From a virus, in IMG/VR virus record IMGVR_UViG_3300025431_000004, positions 7,430 through 71,429 of that record: a DNA stretch of 64,000 nucleotides; one strand, written 5' to 3'. The notes beneath the pieces are model-generated. The model saw only the letters and a list, made by a program, of their open reading frames with translations, was not told the DNA's origin and searched no databases. Both the position numbers and the translations under genes were made by a program. Positions 8,438-18,166 of the stretch are shown here, one piece after another. Numbering within the stretch: the stretch's first letter is position 1; each line of letters begins with the position of its first letter.

Positions 8438-8776
8438 TTAACCGACAGAAAGGTAATCAGGTGAATTCACAACATATAGTTTTAATCCCATGACTTCAGG
8501 TCTTGAAACCACAATATCTAGTGGCATACGAAGATTTATTAAAGCGACCCATTCTTCTAATTGTTTTAATTGCAAATCACCAACGTATAATGTTGTTGCT
8601 GATATACCAACACTGGCCAGAATCATGACCTCGTTTTCAATCTGTGTTTCTATAGTCACAAAGTTTTCATCCTCATGTTGCTCTTTAAAGCATTTTGGGC
8701 ATCTCCAATGGGATTGTGGGTTGAGCTGCAACCGCACACCACCAAAGGAGCATCTGGGGCAAGGGGTCGCATTCAT
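8438..8776 (-). CDS. Zn-ribbon hypothetical protein
   Basis: CPRC...CPKC; ATGA overlap with upstream gene. Confidence 0.6.
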   Translation of the reverse strand: MNATPCPRCSFGGVRLQLNPQSHWRCPKCFKEQHEDENFVTIETQIENEVMILASVGISATTLYVGDLQLKQLEEWVALINLRMPLDIVVSRPEVMGLKLYVVNSPDYLSVG

Positions 8777-8979
8777 ACTGGCATTTTACACCATAAGACA
8801 TTTTCTTGACTGAGTTTAATAAGGATATGTAGTCCAGAAACCCTACCACTAAGACCTCTACCTTGCGCCCTGACATTAACACAGTACCGAACATCATCAT
8901 TCAGGTCATGCATTATATAAAGACCTTTCTCAGTCGGTTTTTTATCAGTCCATAATGTTTTAAATTTCTTCTTAGCCAT
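8773..8979 (-). CDS. hypothetical protein
   Basis: Likely start MAKKKFK at 8979 after AAGG; WTDKKPTEKGLY motif. Confidence 0.55.
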   Translation of the reverse strand: MAKKKFKTLWTDKKPTEKGLYIMHDLNDDVRYCVNVRAQGRGLSGRVSGLHILIKLSQENVLWCKMPV

Positions 8980-9062
8980 TTTGTTTGCCTTGTTGGTTGT
9001 TTGAGTCTCAGAATATACTGATAAAAATAAATAAGTGTTGGAGAACAGAATTATAAATATTA

Positions 9063-9215
9063 TTAGTACCACTCAGACAACTTTTTAATATCCTGTTTCT
9101 CCCTCAACTGATCCATTCGCCGCTTTTCATCTATCCGCTTTTGTTTTTCGATTGTTTTGTGATGTAGGGCTTTATCTTCATTACTCGTATCTATCTTATA
9201 TTTGTTTTCACTCAC
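9063..9215 (-). CDS. small hypothetical protein (50 aa, not in ORF track)
   Basis: GGAGG RBS, GTG start, MSENKYKIDTSNEDKALHHKTIEKQKRIDEKRR... Confidence 0.55.
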   Translation of the reverse strand: MSENKYKIDTSNEDKALHHKTIEKQKRIDEKRRMDQLREKQDIKKLSEWY

Positions 9216-9381
9216 GCCAGCCTCCAATATCAAATCTATGTTTGATTATTAATATGTGTTTATAAACCAATAACTTGGTTGGTTAAATATAACATAGAAA
9301 ATTAAAAATATTTTTTCTACAGATTTATAAAATTATTCTGTTATGATCCAAACATAACAAAAACACATAAAGGAAAAATAC

Positions 9382-10290
9382 ATGGAAATTGGATCAAAGG
9401 TAATATGCCACTCTTCATTTGAAGGAAGAGAGATTATTTCTATAGAAATGATTGCACCTAAATTTTTGAACGCTGAGACAAATACCCATAGGGTATTCTC
9501 CAGAAATGCTAGTTCTAGCAGGGCAATACCGATATCTAAAACAGTAAAAAATATCTGTTCTGATCCTTACATACCAAAAGACATAAGAATAAATCAAAAG
9601 GGTATGCAGGGATTTGAAAAATTAGATGAACAATCTAGATTTGAATTTGAAGAAGAATGTCAAAGATTGGCAATTATTAACTCACAGTTTATTCAAAGCT
9701 GGCATGAGAAATTCAACATCCATAAACAACATTTGAACAGATATGCTGAAGCTTGGGTTTGGCAGAAGCTTATCGTTACATCTACTGAGTGGGATAACTG
9801 GTTTCATCTTCGTAATCACCCAATGGCTGATCCTGCGATCCAAGCTCTAGCAATAGATATGTTGAATAAAATTGAAGACTCAACGCCTAATGTTTTAACA
9901 AATCATCAGTGGCATACACCTTATGTTAATGATTCCCAGATTGAACAGTGTCACTATCCATCTGACATATTAAAAGTATCTAGTGCCGGTTGTGCCAGAA
10001 CTTCATATAACAATTACGATGGTTCAAAAACAAACTTAGAATCTGACACCAGATTATTCAACCAATTAGTTGTCAGACCATATTCAGATGATGTTATTGA
10101 TTTGACCGAAAACGATCCAATACATGCCAGCCCTACTGAGCATCAAGCAAAGCCTATGAAGAGTAGCGATTGTCACGATGGTAATTTCAACCCTGCCCTT
10201 TGGGAAAAAGGCATAACGCACATGGATACAGATATGTGTTACTGGAGCAATAATTTTAAAGGCTGGATACAACATAGGTCAATCCTGTAA
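9382..10290 (+). CDS. thyX: FAD-dependent thymidylate synthase (phage type)
   Basis: ETNTHRVFSRNASSSRAIP, HKQHLNR, WFHLR, CARTSY, HASPTEHQA. Confidence 0.88.
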   Translation: MEIGSKVICHSSFEGREIISIEMIAPKFLNAETNTHRVFSRNASSSRAIPISKTVKNICSDPYIPKDIRINQKGMQGFEKLDEQSRFEFEEECQRLAIINSQFIQSWHEKFNIHKQHLNRYAEAWVWQKLIVTSTEWDNWFHLRNHPMADPAIQALAIDMLNKIEDSTPNVLTNHQWHTPYVNDSQIEQCHYPSDILKVSSAGCARTSYNNYDGSKTNLESDTRLFNQLVVRPYSDDVIDLTENDPIHASPTEHQAKPMKSSDCHDGNFNPALWEKGITHMDTDMCYWSNNFKGWIQHRSIL

Positions 10291-10306
10291 TAAAAAGGAA
10301 TTTCAG

Positions 10307-10507
10307 TTGATACACCACCACTGCTGCTCCAAAAACTATCTTTTAGAGTCGAAAAACACAGGCGATATAATCGTCTGCGTTTTATATCACATAGTTGGAT
10401 GGAACCTGACTATCTCTACAATATCTTTTGAGGGTACACCAATAGTTTTGACAGAAATGGAGTTCGACCAAATTGAAGCTAAAATTTTTGAGGATGAGAT
10501 GGGGTAG
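10307..10507 (+). CDS. hypothetical protein
   Basis: AAGGA RBS, in operon. Confidence 0.45.
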   Translation: MIHHHCCSKNYLLESKNTGDIIVCVLYHIVGWNLTISTISFEGTPIVLTEMEFDQIEAKIFEDEMG

Positions 10508-10511
10508 AATT

Positions 10512-10805
10512 ATGCAAACTACAGGACATAGGAAGGGAAGACGTAATTATAAATCGATAGAATATAACGATCAGATTTATAGCTATAACGGACTCGCAAG
10601 ACACGTTGGTATTCCAGAAAGCTCGTTTAGAAACTACATCAATAGATTTCTTAAGCAGTATAAGCGTCTGCCTGACACTAAAGAAATAGATATTATTGTT
10701 ATAAATGCTGGTGAACTTATCGGTAGACCAATAAAACCAGTTAAGAAATCGATGAGCGTTAAGGATCGTCACAATGAATTGACAGAACTTATGAAAAAGT
10801 TTTGA
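10512..10805 (+). CDS. putative HTH DNA-binding protein
   Basis: YSYNGLARHVGIPESSFRNYI helix-turn-helix pattern. Confidence 0.55.
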   Translation: MQTTGHRKGRRNYKSIEYNDQIYSYNGLARHVGIPESSFRNYINRFLKQYKRLPDTKEIDIIVINAGELIGRPIKPVKKSMSVKDRHNELTELMKKF

Positions 10806-10882
10806 TATTTTTATAAAAATCTATTTGACCCATTATAAAAATACTGGGGTATCATAGATTTTAATATCAAAAGGGCAGCACA

Positions 10883-12151
10883 ATGACCGAATTAACTTCT
10901 CCAAGTATAGAACAACAAAACGCGATTGATGCAATTGTAAGCTGCATCTTAGATAAAAAACCAGCATTAGCATTTATTGCGCCTGCTGGTTGCGGTAAGA
11001 CGTTCTGTCTTAAACATATTGCTGAAGATGAGCGTCTTGAGGAAATCCCAATGACGTTTACTGCCACTACAAACAAGGCAGCAGGCATTATCAAAGAAGA
11101 TTTGCCAACTGCAATGACTCTACATAAAGCCATCTCTCTATATGTCGCTACAGAATTAAGCGATGAGATGGATAAGTTCTATGATTCAAAAATGCTTAGG
11201 GGTGCAGAAGAAACCGTACCTGAAAAAATTATTTTAGACTTTTTATCGGAAATTGGCGTTAGCGTTAAATCTTTTAAAAAAGAATCATCTACAGAAAAAT
11301 TCCTTGGAAACAACAAAATTAGTTCTTATGATCATAGGATATTTGATCGGTATGTCACTGGTGAGTACCAAGGTGGCGTTTGCTTCATTGATGAAAGCTC
11401 AATGTTGCCAACTAAGGGTCAAGTTGATGACCAAGGCAAACTAAAAGCTATCGGTCTTAATAATGCCATGAAGGTTTTTGATACTGTTGTGCTTGTTGGT
11501 GACGATAGTCAGTTGCCACCGATTAATGGCACCAGCAGTTTTGAAGGATTAGACACATTCAGACTGACCGAAAACCACAGAAGCGATCAATCACTTTTAA
11601 GATTGCTTGATTATGCTCGTAACGGTCAACCGTTAGAGATGTTTGTGCCAAGAGAAGACGAGAAAACTATTCGGGTTTATCAAGAATATTTGGTTCCAGA
11701 CTCAATGTACGATATGGACACAATGATTGAACATAACATCACCCATATTGTTTATCGTAATGCTACACGAAAATCTATCACTAGACGCATTCGAGGTAAC
11801 GATTCGCAGCCTTTAGATGGTGAGCCGGTTGTGTATAAAGGAGCCAATATTGATGATGAAGATGGCGACTGCATTTCTAAAAATGAAACCGGTGTATATA
11901 TAGATGGTTATGGAGAATGGAAAAATCATAAACAATATGTAAACAAACGGCATTTTGATGAGTATTCTGATAACTACTGCTATTTACAGTTTGGTTATGC
12001 AATTACCTGCCATATCAGTCAGGGTTCAAGCTTTGATTACGTCATTATTCATGTAAATGATATTCCCGGTATGGTTGATTCTGAAACTGAACGAAAATGG
12101 ATTTATACGTCTATATCAAGAGCTAGAAAAGGGGTCATAATAATAAAATGA
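10883..12151 (+). CDS. SF1B (Dda/RecD-like) helicase
   Basis: APAGCGKT, TATTNKAA, FIDESSM, VGDDSQLPP, FGYAITCHISQGSSFD, YTSISRA. Confidence 0.88.
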   Translation: MTELTSPSIEQQNAIDAIVSCILDKKPALAFIAPAGCGKTFCLKHIAEDERLEEIPMTFTATTNKAAGIIKEDLPTAMTLHKAISLYVATELSDEMDKFYDSKMLRGAEETVPEKIILDFLSEIGVSVKSFKKESSTEKFLGNNKISSYDHRIFDRYVTGEYQGGVCFIDESSMLPTKGQVDDQGKLKAIGLNNAMKVFDTVVLVGDDSQLPPINGTSSFEGLDTFRLTENHRSDQSLLRLLDYARNGQPLEMFVPREDEKTIRVYQEYLVPDSMYDMDTMIEHNITHIVYRNATRKSITRRIRGNDSQPLDGEPVVYKGANIDDEDGDCISKNETGVYIDGYGEWKNHKQYVNKRHFDEYSDNYCYLQFGYAITCHISQGSSFDYVIIHVNDIPGMVDSETERKWIYTSISRARKGVIIIK

Positions 12152-12330
12152 ATAAAAAAGAATCTTTGGTACACATACAAGTCGATGAAAAGTTAGCATC
12201 AATTATAAAAATGTGCGCGACAGTGGATCAAGTCCCGCTGTACGAAAAGGTCAATGAGATGATTTCTTTTTATCTAAAAGAAAACCCTCATGAGAGACAA
12301 AGAATTTTGGAAATAATCGGTAAAAAATAG
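12148..12330 (+). CDS. small RHH-like protein
   Basis: Beta-strand plus two helices pattern; ATGA overlap. Confidence 0.45.
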   Translation: MNKKESLVHIQVDEKLASIIKMCATVDQVPLYEKVNEMISFYLKENPHERQRILEIIGKK

Positions 12331-12474
12331 GTGACTTATGTTTATCTCGTTTATATGTCTTTATGTCTGCTTAATAATTTTCATGATGATCCTAGGAATT
12401 TGGGACAATAGCCCGTTTACCTATGGATTTTTAGCATTTTTATGTGCTGCATCGGCTGTGGCAGGCAGTTGATG

Positions 12475-12701
12475 TGTCAAGAGACTACGTTGAAGTTTTG
12501 GAAATGCGAAAAAGCATGTGTCTAACTATCAAAAAGCTGCTGGATAGCGGTAAGAGTGGCGCACAAATAGCCGAGTTGTATGGTTATGATAATGAGAAAT
12601 CAGTATGGTCATTAATGAAATGGGCTAAAGATGAGAATATCTGCAATGAGTTTACTCATATTGAAAAAACAGTTGATAAGAAGAAGTGTTTGATATGGTA
12701 A
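12475..12701 (+). CDS. putative HTH protein
   Basis: LLDSGKSGAQIAELYGY; start uncertain. Confidence 0.5.
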
Positions 12702-12817
12702 TTTTTTATAAAAATTATAAGGACGGTAATATAAAGTTTTTACCTATTTACCTGAAATTTTACCGCTGGTAATATAGATTCATCATAACAACAAACACAA
12801 ACAACAGGACACACACT

Positions 12818-13177
12818 ATGAACTTATTAGAACAGCATATTGAAGCAAAACAAAAATTATCAGAAGCTAAAAACTTAGAAATGAAGATTCGTAAACAGAT
12901 CATTGCAGGTCTTGGTGAAGCAGCAGACGCAGAAGGAACTAAGACCCACACTAGCCTTGGATACAAACTAAAAGCAATATTCAAACTGTCTCGCAAGCCT
13001 GATGTTGCAGCTCTAGATGCGGTTTATGACGACCTTACCGATCAAGAAAAGAATTGTGTTAAGTGGTCACCTAGTATTATTGATAAGAGCTTCAAGGAAC
13101 TTCCAAAAGATAGCAAGTTGCGAGAGATCGTTACTGTTAAGCCCGGAACCCCAAGCCTAGCAATTACACCTGAATGA
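12818..13177 (+). CDS. conserved phage recombination-module protein
   Basis: AGGA RBS; ends TVKPGTPSLAI; position before Sak4/SSB. Confidence 0.65.
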   Translation: MNLLEQHIEAKQKLSEAKNLEMKIRKQIIAGLGEAADAEGTKTHTSLGYKLKAIFKLSRKPDVAALDAVYDDLTDQEKNCVKWSPSIIDKSFKELPKDSKLREIVTVKPGTPSLAITPE

Positions 13178-13428
13178 AATCACACTTAGGATTGCATCAG
13201 GATTTTATAATAACGAATCCTGAATGCTATAAATTATCACAAATATTTGAGTCGATAACTGGATCAGATAAACCTGTTTCTAAGATCTCTCTTTTTTATT
13301 GGGTAGATAGATACGGTGATTTTACATCTAAAACCGACAGGCAATCTCGTATCATTAAAGCCATTTTTAAAAATATGAGTAATGCTGAACAATTTGAAAT
13401 ATTGAATTACATTAACGACAAGGAATAA
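13174..13428 (+). CDS. hypothetical protein
   Basis: ATGA coupling. Confidence 0.55.
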   Translation: MKSHLGLHQDFIITNPECYKLSQIFESITGSDKPVSKISLFYWVDRYGDFTSKTDRQSRIIKAIFKNMSNAEQFEILNYINDKE

Positions 13429-13429
13429 G

Positions 13430-14098
13430 ATGGCAATAAAAATATCGAACACCAATACCGGCATTTCAACGGTGAAAGCTATGGTGTATGGAGAAGCAGG
13501 TCTAGGTAAGACCAGACTATGTGCAACTGCACCATCACCAATCATAATTTCAGCAGAAGCAGGTTTGCTATCACTAAAAGATTACAATATTGATGTGATC
13601 AATGTTAATAGTAAAAAAGATGTAATGGATGCTTATCAATTCATCACATCATCTGCTGACGCCTCTAAATATCACACGATTTGTTTAGATTCTGTTACAG
13701 AAATAGCAGAGGTTTTACTTTCCGAGTATAAAAAGGAGTTTAAAGACCCGAGGCAAGCTTACGGAACCATGCACGATGATATGACTGTATTGATTAGGTC
13801 GTTCCGTGATTTACCAAATTTTTCAGTTTATTTTACGGCAAAACAGGTTACTAAAGAGGATGCTGAATCTGGCATCACTATGAATAGACCTGATGCACCG
13901 GGGAATAATCTTAAAAAAGATCTACCGTTTTTCTTTGATGAGGTGTTGGCGTTACGAGTTGGTCAACATGAAGGGCAGGAATATCGGTACTTACAAACCC
14001 AACCTCACATGCAGTGGGTTGGAAAAGACAGGTCTGGAAAACTGGATGCACAAGAAGCTCCAGACTTAACCAACATTTTCACAAAGATACTTTCATAA
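13430..14098 (+). CDS. AAA_24 / Sak4-like ATPase (single-strand annealing protein)
   Basis: VYGEAGLGKT, ISAEAGLLSL, CLDSVTEIAE, FFDEV, KDRSGKLD. Confidence 0.88.
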   Translation: MAIKISNTNTGISTVKAMVYGEAGLGKTRLCATAPSPIIISAEAGLLSLKDYNIDVINVNSKKDVMDAYQFITSSADASKYHTICLDSVTEIAEVLLSEYKKEFKDPRQAYGTMHDDMTVLIRSFRDLPNFSVYFTAKQVTKEDAESGITMNRPDAPGNNLKKDLPFFFDEVLALRVGQHEGQEYRYLQTQPHMQWVGKDRSGKLDAQEAPDLTNIFTKILS

Positions 14099-14114
14099 CA
14101 AGGATTTTACTTAG

Positions 14115-14930
14115 ATGGCAACATTAAATTTTAATACCCAAGGCCAAGAAGAAATGGCCGATTTCGAAGTTTTACCTGCTGGCAAATACAACGCTCAGAT
14201 CATTAAGTCTGATTTGAAAGCTACGAAGTCTGGAACTGGCACACGTTTAAATCTTCAATTTAAAATCATGGATGGTCAGTTCAAAGGCCGTATTATTTTC
14301 ACTGGTTTGAATGTGGAAAACGATAGTCAGGAAGCGGTTGATATGTCGATGCGTGAGCTTACTAGCATCTGTAAAGCTATTGGTAAAGGTATGATTTCCG
14401 ATTCTACGGAACTACACAATATCCCTATGCAAATCACTGTCAAAATTAAGGCAAAACAAGGCAACTACGACGAATCGAACGAAATCAAAGGTTATGCTGT
14501 TTACACCGGTGCTAGTTTTGGTGATGAAGCTGTTGCTGCTACACCTCCTGCTTTTATTGCAAATCCTGCCGTTGCTCCCGTAGCCGCACCTTTGGCTCCA
14601 CCTGTCGCGCCTGCGTATGTTCCTCCTGCCGCACCAGTACCAGTTGCGCCGCCAATTGCTCAACCTTTGGCTGCTCCGTTGGAACCACCTTTGGCACCAG
14701 TAGCTGAACCGGTTATTCCTGTGGCCGCACCTTTGGCACCAGCACCTTTACCAGTAGCAGCACCAATTCCTGTTGCTACTCCGGTTCCTGTCGCACCTGT
14801 TCCAGTCGCCGCTCCTGCTGCTGAACCTATCGCACCGGTTGCAGCACCTGTACCTGTGGCAGCTCCCGTGGCTGCCCCAGTTGCACAACCTGCTGCTGCT
14901 CCCGAAGCATATCCTTGGGAACAAAAGTAA
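14115..14930 (+). CDS. DUF669-type single-stranded DNA-binding protein with Pro/Ala/Val-rich tail
   Basis: LPAGKYNAQI, FKIMDGQFKGR, NEIKGY; ends PW-x; follows Sak4. Confidence 0.82.
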   Translation: MATLNFNTQGQEEMADFEVLPAGKYNAQIIKSDLKATKSGTGTRLNLQFKIMDGQFKGRIIFTGLNVENDSQEAVDMSMRELTSICKAIGKGMISDSTELHNIPMQITVKIKAKQGNYDESNEIKGYAVYTGASFGDEAVAATPPAFIANPAVAPVAAPLAPPVAPAYVPPAAPVPVAPPIAQPLAAPLEPPLAPVAEPVIPVAAPLAPAPLPVAAPIPVATPVPVAPVPVAAPAAEPIAPVAAPVPVAAPVAAPVAQPAAAPEAYPWEQK

Positions 14931-14955
14931 CCAAACCGTTTTACCGTGAAGCATT

Positions 14956-14980
14956 AGCCACCTCTTGCGGGTGGCTTTTT
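14956..14980 (+). terminator. intrinsic terminator
   Basis: AGCCACC...GGTGGCT plus TTTT. Confidence 0.8.
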
Positions 14981-14993
14981 AACTGGTGGGAAT

Positions 14994-15416
14994 ATGTCGA
15001 AGTGGGATGAAAGATTTATCGAAATGGCACAATTGGTTTCAACTTGGTCGAAAGATTCAAGCACGAAAGTTGGTTCTGTGATAGTCGATCAAAATAATAG
15101 AATAGTATCTACCGGTTTTAACGGATACCCTTCTGGAATACCTGATGGTGATGAAGATCGACAATTAAAATTAAAAAAGACTATTCATTCCGAACAGAAC
15201 GCAATTATTTTTGCAAAAACTGATGTAATGGGGATGAGATTATATTGTACACATTTTCCATGCTCGAATTGTGCTGCTGCAATAATTCAATCAAAAATAA
15301 GTTGTGTCATTTTTAAGAAACCAACCAATATGGGTTACTCTGAAAGATGGAATGAAAGTATAAAGGTTTCAATTGATATGTTTAATCAGGCTGGAATAAC
15401 AGTTAGGGAAATATAA
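14994..15416 (+). CDS. dCMP deaminase
   Basis: SKDSSTKVG, STGFNG, HSEQNAI, PCSNC. Confidence 0.92.
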   Translation: MSKWDERFIEMAQLVSTWSKDSSTKVGSVIVDQNNRIVSTGFNGYPSGIPDGDEDRQLKLKKTIHSEQNAIIFAKTDVMGMRLYCTHFPCSNCAAAIIQSKISCVIFKKPTNMGYSERWNESIKVSIDMFNQAGITVREI

Positions 15417-15610
15417 TGGATAAACGTCTTAAGATAGGAAGTCGGTGGGTTAATGCCTCAAATAAAAAACATGAGATAGTGTGCTTGGCTAATAAGAAAT
15501 CAGTATTGCCATTAACGGTAATATTTGAAGACTCAGATCATGAACAGGTTTTTGCTTTACAGTCTGAGGATTTTCTTTATTCAATGAAATTGGATATTGA
15601 TAATGGTTGA
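15416..15610 (+). CDS. hypothetical protein (DUF1653-like)
   Basis: Small beta-rich ORF, coupled by TAATG. Confidence 0.5.
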   Translation: MDKRLKIGSRWVNASNKKHEIVCLANKKSVLPLTVIFEDSDHEQVFALQSEDFLYSMKLDIDNG

Positions 15611-16436
15611 TTTGACAAAAGTAATGGATAAAAGCGGAACTCTAAAAGGTGTTCTTGATAATAATGATAAAGAAGATTACCCGCGCGGATACCCTTCTAT
15701 GTCGAATGCTGGAGAACCATGCTTAAGAAAAAAGCAGTATGAATTATATTTTGTAAAAAAGGGAAAATTGACTGCTAGAACAAGAAGAATATTTGCAATG
15801 GGATTTGCGTTTGAAGAAATTTTTGAAAAAGAGATGGCAGAGCATGGATTTGTAATAACTGGCGAACAAGACGATCTTGCAATACAAGTAGGCGAACACA
15901 TATTACACGGTCACATGGATGGCAGAATTATTGGCATTCCAGAGTCACCAAAAACAGAACATGTAATGGAATTGAAGGCTTTAAACCAAAATTCTTGGAA
16001 GGATTGTGTAAAGAAAGGTGTGATGCTTAGCAAACCGATATATTACACTCAAGTTCAAATGTACATGCATGCTACCGGTCTAAGACGGGCAATATTTATA
16101 GCCGTGAATAAAAACGACTCCCAATATTATATGGAGCGTGTCAAATATGATGGTGGCTTCGTTAAAGATATTCTGAATAAAAATCAGGAAGTATTAGAGT
16201 CTATTTTTCTTTTAGATAGGATGGCTGGTAGAGATTTTTATGCTTGTAAATGGTGTGACTACCACGGTATTTGCCATGACAATGAACCCGTTGCTATCAA
16301 TTGTCGTACTTGCAAGCATTCACAACTGATTGGTAACAAAGATTGGGGTTGTCGCAAGCATGGTCTTAGGATGAATCGTGAGTATCAGATTAATAATGAT
16401 TGTACTGACCATGAACTTAGGGAAATGTTTCTGTGA
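15603..16436 (+). CDS. Cas4-like PD-(D/E)XK exonuclease
   Basis: GEPCLRK, HGHMDG, MELKA, YYTQVQMYM, CKWCDYHGIC. Confidence 0.82.
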   Translation: MVDLTKVMDKSGTLKGVLDNNDKEDYPRGYPSMSNAGEPCLRKKQYELYFVKKGKLTARTRRIFAMGFAFEEIFEKEMAEHGFVITGEQDDLAIQVGEHILHGHMDGRIIGIPESPKTEHVMELKALNQNSWKDCVKKGVMLSKPIYYTQVQMYMHATGLRRAIFIAVNKNDSQYYMERVKYDGGFVKDILNKNQEVLESIFLLDRMAGRDFYACKWCDYHGICHDNEPVAINCRTCKHSQLIGNKDWGCRKHGLRMNREYQINNDCTDHELREMFL

Positions 16437-16586
16437 TTACACAACAATATTTAAAAAAGATATTGAGATACGATCGATGATGCTGTAAAGGCTAGAAAAG
16501 ATGCTGAGAAAAAATATGGATACCATACACTTAGCGGATCAAAACCCGAAAAATATTATCACAATAGACAAAGGAACAGGATTTAA
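16433..16586 (+). pseudogene. internally deleted HNH-AP2 homing endonuclease remnant
   Basis: MITQQYLKKILRYD (typical N-terminus) joined out of frame to IDDAVKARKDAEKKYGYH (typical AP2 C-terminus). Confidence 0.65.
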
Positions 16587-18166
16587 TGTCGTTTTATCCA
16601 AGGAAGTTTCAATTAGAAGCAGTAAATGCATTTTTTGAAAATTACAGGAAGAATCCATTATCAAATCCAGTGATAAGTATGTACACGGGAGCTGGAAAAA
16701 GCTTTGTTATAGCTATGATTATGTGTCACTTGGTAAAATCCAGTGATACAAAGTTTATGGTCGTCACACATTCTGCTGAAGTTTTGAAACAGGATATAAA
16801 AGCATTTATACACCTTCTAGAAGAGTTTAATATCTTCTGCACTATTGGTATTTACAGCAGTAAACTAAAGAAAAAAGAATTAGATAATAGAGTCACATTT
16901 TGTACTGTTGGAAGCGTTTATAAAAATATTGATAAGTTTGACATTGACTATCTGATAGTGGATGAAGCACATCTTGTCGGTGACGACAAAGACTCAATGT
17001 ACCGAAGGATGATTAGCGGTTTTGACGTTCCTGTACTCGGGCTTTCTGGCTCTCCCTTTAGAATGAGGAAGGGTTATTTACATGAGATGGAAGGCGGGGT
17101 ATTTACAGACCTAGTTTATGATACAAACACACCTGAAATATTTGCAGAAATGATTGCATTAGGATACTTGGCAAAACCCATCAGGGAAAAGCTAACTATA
17201 ACAATGGATGTTACCGGCGTTAAGAAAACCGCTGGCGATTTCAACTTAAAAGATTTATCTCTGAAATTTGACAGGGATGGTATGACTGAACAAATCGTTA
17301 CTGATTTGCTTAGGCATAAAGAAGATAAAAAACACTGGTTCATTTTTGCCATTGATAAAAAACATGCAGAATCCATTTCAGAAGAATTGAACAAACAGGG
17401 GATAGTTTCTGATTTTGTCCACTCGACAAAAGAAGAAGATACAGATATTGCGATAACAAAGTTTCGTAATGGTGAAATACAAGCACTGGTAAGCGTATTA
17501 ATGCTTACAACTGGCGTTGACATCCCTATCATTGATATGTTGGTAATGATGCGTCCTACTGCATCTGTAGTCATCCATTTACAAACAATAGGTCGGGGGC
17601 TTAGAACAACACCAACAAAAAACGAGTGTCTTATATTAGACTACGCCGGAAATATTGTCAGAAATGGCGCCATTGACGACCCAATAGTTCACGTTGCTGG
17701 CAAAGGTAAAGCCGGTGGTAAGATGGAAAAAGAATGCCCTGATTGCGGTCTACCTCACCACATTTCAATCAAGAAGTGTCAGTGTGGACATGAATTCAAA
17801 TTCAAGACTAATTTGGAAACCACATCATCTCAAGCATCATTGATGAAAGAAGTCAGGATAGAATGGTATCCAGTCAGAAAAGTAGAATTTTCGATCCATA
17901 AAAAGATTGGCAAACCAGACTCTATAAAAGCTAGATATTATTGCGGGTTGAGATTCTTTGACCAATTCCTATGTGTTTATCACGGAGGTTTTGTACAAAG
18001 AAATTCAAGATATGTTATTAGTAGAATGAACAATGACAACCATATTAACTATGAGTTGTCAGTAGATTTGGTTCTAAAACAAATCGACACACTAAACAAA
18101 CCAACAAATATATTAGTAGATACTACCAATAAATACTCAGAAATAAAGGATATGAATTTTGATTAA
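16586..18166 (+). CDS. SF2 DEAH helicase with Zn finger (RadD/YejH-like)
   Basis: TGAGKS, DEAH, LTTGVDIP, QTIGRGLR, CPDC/CQC. Confidence 0.9.
   Translation: MSFYPRKFQLEAVNAFFENYRKNPLSNPVISMYTGAGKSFVIAMIMCHLVKSSDTKFMVVTHSAEVLKQDIKAFIHLLEEFNIFCTIGIYSSKLKKKELDNRVTFCTVGSVYKNIDKFDIDYLIVDEAHLVGDDKDSMYRRMISGFDVPVLGLSGSPFRMRKGYLHEMEGGVFTDLVYDTNTPEIFAEMIALGYLAKPIREKLTITMDVTGVKKTAGDFNLKDLSLKFDRDGMTEQIVTDLLRHKEDKKHWFIFAIDKKHAESISEELNKQGIVSDFVHSTKEEDTDIAITKFRNGEIQALVSVLMLTTGVDIPIIDMLVMMRPTASVVIHLQTIGRGLRTTPTKNECLILDYAGNIVRNGAIDDPIVHVAGKGKAGGKMEKECPDCGLPHHISIKKCQCGHEFKFKTNLETTSSQASLMKEVRIEWYPVRKVEFSIHKKIGKPDSIKARYYCGLRFFDQFLCVYHGGFVQRNSRYVISRMNNDNHINYELSVDLVLKQIDTLNKPTNILVDTTNKYSEIKDMNFD

Noticed and set aside
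15603-16436. CRISPR-Cas adaptation gene
   Set aside because: Solo Cas4-like nuclease in a recombination operon; no cas1/cas2 or array
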